Below are positions 24,776 through 37,109 of a stretch of 64,000 bases of DNA, piece by piece (position 1 is the stretch's first letter; every line of letters begins with the position of its first letter). Source of the DNA: Mobula hypostoma (taxonomy: Eukaryota); the NCBI RefSeq assembly GCF_963921235.1, contig NC_086097.1, positions 82,586,001-82,650,000 on the forward strand, in the 5' to 3' direction. The notes under the pieces are model-generated. The model was not told the origin of the DNA. It did no database searches and saw nothing but the letters and a program-made list of their open reading frames with translations. The position numbers were made by a program, and so were the translations under genes.

Positions 24776-25519
24776 TTTTTGAAAATAAAATCTCTCTGTT
24801 GACTGATCATTCCAACCGTGTCCGCGATTCTCTGTAACAGCCATTATTTCTGTAGTTGTTGCTGTGATACGTGGATTCAGTTTTAACCATTACTTCATTT
24901 CCCTGCAGTTTAGAGGCTCTGTAGCCTGGCCATTGGGTGGCACTGTAATGTATAGAGTTAAAATTCATGTCTGAATATGAGAAGGCCTCTTGAACTTGGT
25001 TTAGGGATTGGAATTATTTTAAATAATATTACTTCTGGTGGGATTATCTTATCAATTTTCCTGCATAAGTACAATTCTAATGACACTCAAAGAGCTCAAG
25101 GACAAAAGAACCCACTTGATTAACTCCCATCCACCATCCCAAACATCTATTTGTATACCATTGGCAGCGTTAAAAAATTGCTCAGCAGTTACTTAGTTAG
25201 ACGTTTTTGACATCATCTCTGAAATCCACAATCTGTTTTGGGGGACACAAAGCCAGCAATTTGATGGGAACATCAGGTTCACATAAAGTAGTATTCCAGT
25301 CTGAATTGAAAGTTTATCTCTGTGCCACCATTGTCACTGTAACTGCAACATCAGAAGGGCTGTAGTGTTCATGATGATAGCTCTCCACCATCTTCTCAAG
25401 ACTGCGAGGGGACGGTCAATAAATGCTGATCTTGCCAGTTACGCCAATATCCTGAAAATAAATAAGCATATTCAGCACACAGATTTCAAGTCTGATTCAT
25501 AGCTTGTTTCTTTCATTTG

Positions 25520-25675
25520 ACTTCTTCCCCCTTCCTTTCCAGTCCTAATGAAGGGCCTCACCCTAAAATGTCAATAACCTATTCCCATCCATAGATGCTG
25601 CTGAACCTGCCGAGCTCCTCCAGCACATCGTGGGTATTGCTCTGAATTTCCAGCCTCTGCAGTACCTCTTGAGTC
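25520..25675 (+). mobile_element. Penelope terminal-repeat fragment with a decayed hammerhead
   Basis: CCAGTCCTAATGAAGGGCCTCACCCTAAAATGTCAA...GATGCTGC...GAGCTCCTCCAGCA. Confidence 0.7.
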
Positions 25676-25997
25676 TATACTTTTTAAAACGTTCCTTTCC
25701 TTGAAATGATAGCAGGATTCACAGGAAAACAGCCACTCTCACCATGCACTTGTTTAAAATATACCATGGATAAATATTTCATATTGCACATACTAGTCAC
25801 TAAGTTTCTGCATACAGTCAAAATATTTTTATACCATTTTATTACCTGACATTGCTTTTAATGAGTATTTTTTCAATGTCCAAAATAATGCCCTCATTAG
25901 CATTCTTATTTGATGCAATATCTCATGTAACTGTGTCTAATTTCATTTATTAACACTCCTGTGGGATACCTTGTGAGATTATTGACAGTAGATTAAT

Positions 25998-27582
25998 TTT
26001 TACAACGTTGGATCACAGGTGATTTAATTTGGCTTCTTTTGACACTGATTAACAGAAAAAGACTCTTTCGTGTTAAAGTGAAAATACGGTGATCTAAATT
26101 AATTACAAATATAAAACACAAAATAATTGATTGCACAAATATTCTCCCCCTTTAATATGACACACCAAATCATCACTGGTGCAGCAAATTGATTTTAAAG
26201 TAACATAGTTAGCTAAATGGAGATCTGTTTTTGAGATCTGTGTGCAATCAAGGTGTTTCAATTGATTGTAGTGAAAATACACCTGTATCTGGAAGGTGCA
26301 TCTGCTTTTGAGTCAGTATCCTGGCAAAATATATATCATGAGGACAAAAGAACACTCCAAGCAACTCCATATAAAGGTTATTGAAAAGCACAATTGAAGG
26401 TTATTGAAGGATACAAGAAAATTTCCAAGACACTGAATATCCCTTGGAGTACAGTTGTCAATCATCAAGAAATGGAAAGAATATGGCACAGCTGTAAGTC
26501 TGTCTGGAGCAGGCCATCCTCAAAAACTGAGTGACCTTGCAAAAAGCAGACTAGTGAGTGAGGGCACCAGGAGACTCTTGACAACTGCGGAGGAGTTACA
26601 AGCTTCAATACCTGACGCAGGAGAGACTAGCATACAACAATTGCTGTCCGGGTGCTTCACCAGTCACAGCTTTATGGGAGAGTGGCAAAGGAAAAAGCCA
26701 CTGTTGAAAAAACTCACATTAAATCTCGGCTAGATTTTGCCAGAAGGCATGTGGGAGACTCTGAAGTCAGCTGGAAGAAGGTTCTGTGGTCTGATGAAAG
26801 CAAAATTGAGATTTTTACTATCAGACTAAACGTTATGTTTGGTGTAAACCAAACACTGCACATCATCAGAAACACACCATCCCTACTGTGAAGCTTGGTG
26901 GTGGCTGCATCATGCTGTGGGGATGCTTCACTGCAGCAGGCCCTGGAAGGCTTGTGAAGGTAGAGGGTAAAATGAATGCAGCAAAGTACAGGAAAATCCT
27001 GGAGGAAAACCTGCTGCAGTCTGCAAGAGAACTGCAACTTGGGAAAAGATTTGTTTTCCAGCAAGAAAATGACCCCAAGCATAAAGCCAAAGCTACACAG
27101 GAATGGCTTAAAAACAACAAAGTTAATGCTCTGGAGTGGCCAAGTCAAAGTCCAGACCTCAATTCAATTGAGAATTTGTGGCTGGATTTGAAAAGGTCTG
27201 TTCACTCACGACCCCCATGCAATCTGACAGAGCTTGAGCAGTTCTGTAAGGAAGAATGGGGAAAAATTGCAGTGTGCAGATGTGCAAAACTGATAGAGAC
27301 CTATCCACACAGAGTCAAGGCTGTAATTGCTGCCAAAGGTGCATCTCCTAAATACTGATTTGAAGGGGGTCAGTAATTATGCAATCAATTATTTTGTGTT
27401 TAATAACTCTAATAAATTTAGACCAATTTGTAGAAATTTGTTTCTACTTTGACACAAACGAGTCTTTTCTGTTGATCAGTGTCAAAAAAGCCAAATTAAA
27501 TCCACTGTGATACAACGTTGTAAAACAACAAAACATGAAAACTTCCGAGGGTGGGGGGGGTGAAAACTTTTTACAGTGCACT
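25998..27582 (+). mobile_element. Tc1-like DNA transposon fossil with a near full-length, frameshifted transposase
   Basis: ATG at about 26338, stop at 27356-27358. Motifs VLWSDESKIE, GGGCIMLWGCF, FQQENDPKH and WPSQSPDLNSIENLW. Long inverted repeats at about 25998-26152 and 27362-27582; the outer left end is missing. Confidence 0.93.
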
Positions 27583-28052
27583 CAAGAACTAATTTTCTCC
27601 TTGAGTAGAGACCGGTTTGGACATGAGGGTTTTTCTGAACTGTGGGCTGAGGAATTAATAGGCTGCACACATGCTCTGCAGAGTCCTCCATATGTGAACC
27701 CAGCTTGTTTATCAACAGAATGATCTACTTCACCCTGTCTGTCCAAGCAAGCAAATAACACAGTCAAAAGATATTCCTGGCTCAATACTTACCTGTGGCA
27801 TTCGTTTATTCTGACGCACACAGCTGGTCGCTGAAGCTTGTTGTCAATATAAGAAATATGCATATGGGGGTTGTGGTACAGGAGACAACCGAGGGAGTAC
27901 TCTGGAGTACGTATAAGAGAGTCTCCTGCTTTATTATTGTGTGTTTTAAACATAGGTCTTGCTCTGAGCAGAGTAATAGAAGAAGGGGGGAATGATAGGC
28001 AAGTGGTTCTTAACGACTGTTCTGTATGGACCTGCTTACTACCCTGGCATTC

Positions 28053-28562
28053 ATAGAAACATAGAAAACCTACAGCACAATACAGGCCATTCTATGCCGA
28101 CCATGTCCTTACCTTAGAAATTACCTAGGGTTACCCATAGTCCTCTATTTTGCTAAGCTCCATGTACCTATTGAAAAGTCTCTTAAAAGACCCTATTGTA
28201 TTTGCCTCCATCACCATCACCAGCGGCCTATTCCACACACTCACCTCTCTCTGCATAAAAAAAACTTACCCCTGACATCTCCTCTGTACCTACTTCCAAG
28301 CACCTTAAAATTGTGCCCTCTCGTGTTAGCCATTTCAGCCCTGGGAAAAAGCCTCTGACCATCCACACGATCAATGCCTCTCATCATCTTATACACCTCT
28401 GTCAGGTCACCTCTCATCCTCCGTTGCTCCAAGGAGAAAAGGCCGAGTTCACTCAACCTATTCTCTTAAGGCATGCTCCTCAATCCAGGCAACATCCTTG
28501 TAGATCTCCTCTGCACCCTTTCTATGGTTTCCACATCCTTCCTGTAGTGAGGTGACCAGAAC
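28053..28562 (-). mobile_element. CR1 3' fragment
   Basis: ORF 28241: LGLFSLEQRRMRGDLTEVYKMMRGIDRVD. (TTTCTATG)n tail. Confidence 0.9.
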
Positions 28563-29739
28563 AATCTGAGACTACTAATATGGGCACAGGAAAACAGGAC
28601 ATCTATGCAACGGGAACTTGCCAATAAATAGGATTACAATAATAAATGAAAGATAGCCCTGGTGTAACACAGGAGCATGGCATGTTTCAACATAAATCCA
28701 ATCATTACCACTGGTAGTACCAATCCCTGTTTATTCATCATTATATTATTAATGTGAGATCAAATTAACTGTGCTATTCCCTACATTTCAATAGCAATTA
28801 CAATTCAAACAACCAAATTTGCTATAAACCACTTTAAGGTCCAGAAAGAAATCTGAAATATAGTATACAAGCACAGGTTTCTTTTCCTGATACCCAATGT
28901 TTACACCTTATCTATAAATTGAGTTTGACCTCATACCGCAGAACAATTTCGACGTTTAACATTGGTCGGTACAGTATGGAAGAATTTAATGTAACAAAAT
29001 GCATATCATCATTCTTACATCAGCTTTGTGCAATTCTCCACATTCCCAGCCTCTTGATCAAATACTTCCTGGCAGGCAGTATTTTATGCATAAAATAAGT
29101 TGCAATGGCAGGAACATTCTTTATACATTACAATGTATAATCCTTTATTCACAGAAGCAATGCTCTATGGAAATTATTTCAAAGGAAATAATAATGCTTA
29201 TTCCTACCAGAAACTATTTTAGAAGGACACAATAGCCCACAAGTATTACATCATTAATCATTGTACTTGCGGGTTTTATAAATAATAATTTATATTTAGT
29301 TCAGTAATCCTCAGACTGGCGTGTTGTTTCCTAGATGTCATTTATCCGTCATCTGATATTTCAGTGAGTTATTATCCTTTCCTAGTGACTGATTGATGAT
29401 TTGTTGGTGGGGATTAAACTAACCCGTTAAAAAAAGCATTTGAATGAAGTTAAAGGAGACCATTTGTCAGAAAATTATACAAAATATTTTGTGCACCATC
29501 ATTGATAAAGCACCATAGCTTAGCTCGAGGGATCAGATGATGTTTGTAGATAAATTCTGTAAAAGTAAATCTGAATCTGTACAAAGATGACCTGATCTGA
29601 TCTTCTGATGAAAGATCATGAAGCTGAATCATTAAGTCTTGTTTCTCTCTCCATGGTTGCTGCCTGAGCTGCTGAATGTTTCCATCATTCTTTGATCTTA
29701 TTTCAGATTTCCAGTATTTTCAGATGTATGTTTTTTGCC

Positions 29740-31120
29740 AAACAGGCCCTCCGAACCACAGTGCCTGTTCTGACAATTATGCCAAATTAATCTAACCCCA
29801 TCTGCCTGCACAGGATCTATATCCATCTATTCCCTACGTGTTCATGTGCCTATTGTATTTAAATGTCTCTGAAACACCACAGTAGTGTCAGCTTCCATCA
29901 CGACCCCAGGCAGCACATTTCAGACACCTACCACTCTGTAAAAAAACTTGCCTCACATATCTCCTTTAAATTTTCCTCTTTTCATCTTAAAACTGTGTCC
30001 TCTAGATCTTGACATTTGGGAGAATGACCATGACTGCCCACTCAGTCTGTGCCTCTCAATGTTTAAAAAATATCTATCAGGTCCCCCTTCAGTTTCCAAT
30101 GCACTAGAGAAGACAATGTGAGTGTGGCTAGTCTCCCCTTGCAGCTAACCTAGGCAGCATCCCGGTGAACCTCTTTTACACCCTCTCCAAAGCCCTCTGC
30201 ATTCTTCCTCCAATGGGGTGATCAGAACTGAACACAATACTTCAAATGCAGCCCAATTAAAGTTTTACACGGCTGCAATGTGACTTTCTGACTCTTATGC
30301 TCAATGCTCCAACCGATGAAGGTAAGTATGCAAGATGCTTTCTTTGCCATTTTCATGGAGCTATAGCCTTTACCCCAAAATTTTTCTGTATATCAGTACT
30401 GTTAAGGGTCCTGCCATTTACTTTTTCCCCTGAGATTTGACCAAAGTGCAACACCTCATTTTTGAGAAGACTAAACTTGATCTACCATTTCTCTGCCCAT
30501 GTCTAGAACTGATCTATAATCCATTGCATATTTTGACAAATGTTCTTCACTATCTACAATTCACCAATTTTAATGTTGTCTGCAAATTTACTTATCAGGC
30601 CATCTACATTTTCATTTAACTCCTTTATATATTAGGTCCATGGATGAGGGTGATATGGAGGGCAATGATGTGGGTGCTGCTAGATGGGACTAAGCAGAAA
30701 AACAGGTTGGTGTGGACTAGATGGGCCAAAGAGCCTGTTTCACTACTGTTAGTGCTCCAAAGGCTCTATATTTCACAAATAACAGTGCTCCCACCTCTGA
30801 TCTGTGTGGAACAACACAAATCACAGTCCTCCAATAGGAATAACACCCATTCACCACCACCCTCTGTCTTCTGTGGCCAAATCAGTTTTGATTCCAGTCT
30901 ACCAAGTCATCATGAATCCTGTGCATCTTAATCTTCTGGATCAGCCTATCATGAGTGACGTTGTGAAATGCTATACTAAAGTCCATATAGACATTATCCA
31001 CTGCCCTATCCTGATCAATTAATGTTTGTCATTTCCTCAAAGAAATCAATCAATCATGACCACGCTGATGATCCCTAATATGGTGATGTTTTTCTAAGTG
31101 TGTGTAAATTATATCCCTAA
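29740..31120 (-). mobile_element. Degraded CR1 fragments
   Basis: Nucleotide similarity to the minus-strand CR1 RT/3' region (GTCTGCAAATTTACT, AAAGTCCATATAGACA). Confidence 0.65.
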
Positions 31121-34100
31121 AAGTCCTTAAGATTTGAAGGACAGGCATTTTGTGCTTTATGCAATATTTAGAAAATTAGAACAGTTTTTCCCTGATTTTT
31201 GTTTTACAGACTCTCTGAGCCGCAGCCCAGGTGAGAATTGAGAAATTATCTATGCTGACAGCTTTCCTTTGAAGGGTGTTTGATAGAGGTGATTGTATGG
31301 AGTACCTTCATGTGACTTGTTCCTGTTACCGCCCCACCCCCATCAGAAACATTCATTTGCATCAGGCACATACGTACATGTCACATGTACCACTCCATTC
31401 TGACACACAAATACATGCATACTACACGTGTAGTGGAGAATTTTAACTATGAAAAATGTATATAATTTATAATAAGCGTTCACCATCTTGGAAGATCCCC
31501 TAATACTGAAGTGTACTCACTGCTGTAACATAAGAAATGTGCAGCAAATTTGCAGAAGGTCCCACAAAAGTTAGAAGATTTTAACCATATTATTTGCTTG
31601 AGTAAGTTTGATTGAGGGCAAGATATAACTTGAGATTAGAGACAACTGTCTTGGTCTTCATTGGATTAGTGCCCATGGAACTCAGATATGTAAGAAAGCT
31701 GACATTTTAATATCTCATCTGAAAGAGAGCATCTCCTTCAGTCGTACACTGAAGCACCAACCTAGATTTTTATGCTGAATTTTGGAACTCTCCAACTGAG
31801 TTTGATAATTAACCTGGCATCCTCTTATTTTGTCAGAATTCATAATGTCTACTGCATCTTCTCAAGGTGAAAATTAATTTGATGTAGTGCACTATTAAAA
31901 GAAGCCTCAGTAGAGAAATGAAGCTCCCCCACCCTGTGTATACAGCTGTTGATTAGGAGACAGGCATCATCAACAAATCCTTATAGATCAATGTAACAAC
32001 TCCCTTCTGCCCATATAATAAGTTTAGTTTTGAATGTTTGATGCAATATATTTGGAAAACTGGGGCTGGCCAACACTGAAGCATTTTTTTCAGACTTCAA
32101 GCTGAAACTCTTTACTCCAATTGAAACTAAATGAAGAAAATAATTTCCAGATTAGGGTTAGATTATGGGATATTTTCTTTTATGTCTTGGTTTTGTTTAA
32201 GATTTTCTTAGGAAGTAAAAACACCTTAGGTGCAAACTAGCTTCAACCTTTCAGTAACCTGCCTCAACAACACTGGAGATTATCCTGACATTTAAGGATT
32301 AGGTTAAAAGCAAAAGCTTGGCATGTATGATGTGTTAGATGAAGCTGAACGTACTGATTGTAGTTCAAAATTTAGATAATCAGTATTGCACTTCACAAAA
32401 TCTTTGTTGAAAGTATCTTCCCACAAATGGTTGCAGCTTGCTATCAAACTTTTATTTTGTTAGTTCAAGACTGTTGAATGATAGCTGTCAGACATTTGGT
32501 AAAAACTGGCACGTGGTCATGGAGGTACAGCAGCTGACTTTTCACACCGAGCACCCTGGCTCTTTCTGAGAAGTTACCTCCATTTGGAACATAAATACTC
32601 ATCTGTCAGGAGTCCTGCTTCAGGAATATTTCTGGCCCTGTTTCTAATTTTGAACCATATCTTCCTTGCTGAATCTCAATCTGATTCTGTTTTGACTAAT
32701 TAAATAGTGCTATTAATTTGTTGGTGATTGTAACACTCTTAAACGCAATGAGTAATATTCTTTCCTCAAGTTCAGTGTAAAGAACTGGAAGTAGATTCTT
32801 TGAGTCTCTCCACCTTATTCATATTTCCTTTCTGTTTGGAAAATAGATGATTGAGTTTCCCTCACATTTTATAAACTATGGGAGGCTGCACACATTTATT
32901 AGCTACTGTCCTTTGGTGTGTGCAAAATTTAGCATGGACTCTTAATAACGTTTGTAATTTTTACCATGTAAATGGTGGGTGCTTAAGATTTTTGCAATGG
33001 AAAACATTAGTTAGTTTCTGTTCTCATTATTACCAAGGGAAGCAAAGTGAAAAATTGTTAGATACCCAGACTTTACCACAGCAGGGTCCGAACACATTGT
33101 AATGTAACTGCTGCACAAACTGTATTTAAATTTATTGACTTCTACTGCAAGTGTATGTAAAAAGTAATCTATTAAACTTTTATATCCAAGTTAAAACTGT
33201 GAATACAAAAATGGTAATATTCAGCAGTCAAACCAGCATGTGTGGAGGGAGAAATCCAGTTAAAACTATTCTGGTTGATTATCTTCCATTTGTACAGGAA
33301 AACATCACTGACAAATATTAAGTTGTGAAATGAAAGTTTGAGGAGGGGGTCATGAAGATGGTGGGAGGAAGAACAAACCCAAGTGCTACCTTAGGGCAGA
33401 AACCAGGAGAGAGTAAGAAATTGGAAGTTACAGTGGTGTAAATCAAAAGCAGATTATGGTGGGAAATATAAAGAAGCAAAAGACAGATCTAGTAAAAGTG
33501 GAAATAGGAACGGTAGGTTTGCAATTTAAAATGATTGAATTTGTTAGCCTTTATTACAAAGTGGTTGGAACGTAAAAATACAGGAACCATACCTGTAATG
33601 TAACATGCAGTAGAGCTACTAGGGCTTGATGTTTCAATCCCTATGGTAAGTCGGCACTCCCGATGTTGGCAGTGGGCTTGGAGTGGTGACAAGGAGGGAG
33701 GGTAGGTACGTCATTGGGGTCATCAGGTGGGCACCCTCCTTCTTTGATGTTTTGTTGATAAGCCCACGACATCTCCAGGGGGCTCAACGGTGCTACCTGG
33801 CATCCCAGATACATCCCCCTCTGTTCCATACCCTCCTGTCTTCATCTTGTCTTTTAGATCAGTTGTTGTCTTTCCTTTTAATCCAAATCCAATTGCTGCT
33901 TTCTTCTGCTGCATTTGACAAGGACTTGATTTCTTGTTGGAGGGAGTGACCCCCCCCCCGCCCCACCACCCCCATCTTCTTCAATAGACTGGTCATAGAT
34001 GCAGCAACAGATCTCCTGCATCCCACTTCTACAGGGAAAATCTTGGTCTTCCAGCCATTCTGGGCAGCTTCATTTGCCAGTTCAGAGTACTTGGTCTTTT

Positions 34101-35044
34101 TCCTCTCATAAGCTGTATTTATTTCCTCCCTTAAGTAGGGATGTACCTACATTGCAAGTTCTCAAAAGGCATCATTATATAATGAAGTGATTGACTGGAG
34201 ACGAAATTGGGTCCACACACTGGAGTTTAGAACCAGAGCTGATCTTCTGGAATGTTACGTGATTCTGAAGGGCTAGACTGGGTAGATGTTGAGAAAACGT
34301 TTTCTTCTGCGGAAATCTAGAACTTGGCAATATATATTCAGAACACGATGTCATCATTTTAGGATAGATTTGAGGAGGATCATTCCTCTCAGAGTTTCAC
34401 AAATCTTCGTTATTCTCTACCATTGGGAGCTGCGTAGCCTGAAGCATTGAACATTTTCAGGGTAGAGTCAGATGGACGTTCTGCTCCGCTGCAGAGTGGA
34501 GACAGGAACGTAGAACTGAGGCCAATATCATTATCAGCCATGATCATTATCATTATCAGCCATTTATTAGCGCAGCTAATTCAAGAATTACTGCTTGGTC
34601 TAATTTCTCACGTTGTTTCATCCAGTGTTAGATCTGGAAGGTTACAGTTGCTTACTTGCAAAGCATTGTTTTGGGAAAGCACGCTCAGCTTCTTTGTAAC
34701 ATTTCAGGATGTGTATTGTATACATTTCTCTGACATTAAATTGTACCTTTGAACAGTGCACAAAGCTGAGCTCGGAGATGGAGAGAAGCTAAGAAACGGG
34801 TACTGGAAGCTTAGCGTGAGAGAACATCGGTATTCCAGCAAGCAGTAGCTTCGTCTTTTCTGTGAGACCTTTATAACTCAATCGCCAAACCACTTAGATC
34901 AGGTATTATAGGTATTATATGGGCTGTCAGGAATACTATTGGGTGCCTTTTGGAAGTGAAGGGAGGTCTCGGCATCAGGGAGCCAAAAACACATGTTGGC
35001 AATAATTAATACCTGAGTAATTAAGAGTTTTTGGAAAACTTTAG

Positions 35045-35290
35045 TTAACGGGCATACGCGCTCCCGGTCTACATCCGGTCGGGTTTGAGTGCCCGCTGCC
35101 TTCAGAGGAGACTGGCGGCATTCCTGCCGGGGGCGCGCACTGAGTGCCGCGTCCGATCGGTGGGTGACATTGGGACGAGACTGATGCTCAGTTTTGCTTC
35201 ATTGCTTGAACAGACTCGCTCTGGGTTGGGAGGCAGCAGCACCTTCTCAATCCCTGTCAAACACTCTCCGCGCTACCAAGCTGTTTGAAG
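35045..35290. promoter_or_regulatory. CpG-rich promoter-like island, probably with a non-coding first exon (candidate donors at 35373 GTAGGA and 35578 GTAAGT)
   Basis: Dense CpGs and high GC in non-repetitive sequence against a CpG-depleted background. TGACGTC CRE-like site at 35570. Confidence 0.6.
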
Positions 35291-36199
35291 GACAGAGAAA
35301 AGAGAAACTCCTTCCCTACCTTCCCCACGTTTTTCATTTTGAGTAGAAACCTGACTTCACTTGCCAGGAAAGGTAGGAATTAATTGACACACGTTTTATT
35401 TGTTCCAGCTCGACAAATACAGTCTTTGTATCCGCTGCTTGTTTAAGCACTAAATACGATTGCTTGTCTGAAGACTGGTATAAATTAATGTAATTGCAAT
35501 AATATTAGAATATCGTTGTATGAAAAGAAAAAGTAAGGTGGCTTTGTTGATTTTGTTTACCGTCGGAATTGACGTCGGTAAGTTATCTTTTTACGGGGGC
35601 ACAATAATAGTTTCAGAGCTAATTTTAGAAACCTTTTCAGTATTTTCCTGTCAATCTCACTTTCTCCGAACATTTATTCCTTAGTTTGAATCCACAGGAG
35701 AGCTCTCGACTTTTGTTGAAATGAAACTGATTAAAAATCCATGTATTGGGTCATTGACCCGACAGTAACCTTTAAATGTAGAGGAATAGTTTACAATTGA
35801 CTGCAAGTGATATATTGCCTGCCCTCAAAACTGACCTACATTTGTGTTTGTATGATAATCAATTCCATTTGCAACTCCACAAATAATGAAATAGACCATA
35901 ATTTTGTGGGCATGACCTAGACAACACTCAGATGTGGCTTAAGTACGTTTGCACAGTGCAAGTGATTCATTTCTTGACTTTTCAAAGATTTCCTAGTTGC
36001 TAATTGAGTGTAACTTCAGCAGCACTTCAGAAGTGAATCCAGGATAAAATAGCTTATTTACCTGTTACCCAAATGTTGTTCTAAATATTCACTCACTGCC
36101 CTTCTGCCACACCATGCCCTCAGCTTTTATTACAGTATCTTCAAAAAGCACTGGAGTAACTTGTCACAGCTCCTTTAACAGCACCTAGCAAATTTACAT

Positions 36200-37105
36200 T
36201 CACAAAATGCTGGAAGGACTCAGCAGATCAGGCAGCATCCATGAAATGAACAAACGGTCGACATTTCGTGCTGAGACCCTTCATCAGGACAGGAAAGGAA
36301 GGGAGAGAACGCCAGAGTGAAAAGATGGGGAGGGAGGAGGGGAAGAAGGATAGCGAGAAGGTGGTAGGTGAAACCAGTTCGGTGGAAAAGGTAAAGGGCT
36401 GGAGATGAATGGATCTGATAGGAGAGGAGAGTGAACCACAGCAGAAAGGGGAAAAGGAGGGGACCCAGAGGGAGGTAATAGGCAGACAAGAAAGGGTTAG
36501 AGGCCAGAGTTGGAAATAGAAGAAGAGCCGGGGGGGAGGGAATGTTTTTAACGGAATGAGGAATCAATATTCATGCTATTGGGTTGAAGGCTACACAGAT
36601 GGAGTATGAGGTGTTTCTCCTCCATCCTGAGGGTGCCATGGACTGGCATGACGGAATGGGAATCATAATTGAAATGCTGGGCCATCGGGAAGCTCTGGTT
36701 TTGGCAGATGGAGTGGAGATGCTCGATGAAGTGGTCCCCCAATTTATGACGGGTCTCGTAATATAGAGGAGGCTGCATCGGGAGCACTGGATGCAATACA
36801 TGATCCCAGCAGGTTTGCAGGTGAAGTGTTGCCACACCTGGAAGGACTGTTTGGGCCCTGAATGGAAGTGAGGGAGGAGGTGAATGGGGCAGGTGTAGCA
36901 CTTTGGCTGTTTGCAGGAGCAAGTACCTGGAGGAATGAATGGACGAGGGAATCACGGAGGGATCAGAACCTGGGGAAAACGGAGAGTAAAGGGGGAGGGG
37001 GTAAGTATGTGTTTGGTGGTAGGATCTCTTCAGAAGTTGTGGAGAATGATGTGTTGGATGCGAATATTCATGGGGTGTTAGGCAAGGAGAGGAGGACATC
37101 ATTCC
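36200..37105 (-). mobile_element. Penelope-like element, left (inverted) arm: GIY-YIG region + terminal repeat
   Basis: ORF 36571: QHFTCKPAGIMYCIQCSRCSLLY; ORF 36548: ETRHKLGDHFIEHL. HHR motif at 36255-36292. Confidence 0.85.
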
Positions 37106-37109
37106 CTGT

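Noticed and set aside
27785..27810. U1 snRNA gene (starts ATACTTACCTG)
   Set aside because: The sequence after the first 11 nt does not continue as U1 (GCAGGGGAGATACC...). It is better read as a minus-strand splice donor.
28932..28978. Possible pre-miRNA hairpin (CATAC...GTATG)
   Set aside because: Only short terminal pairing with many mismatches; the stem is too weak.
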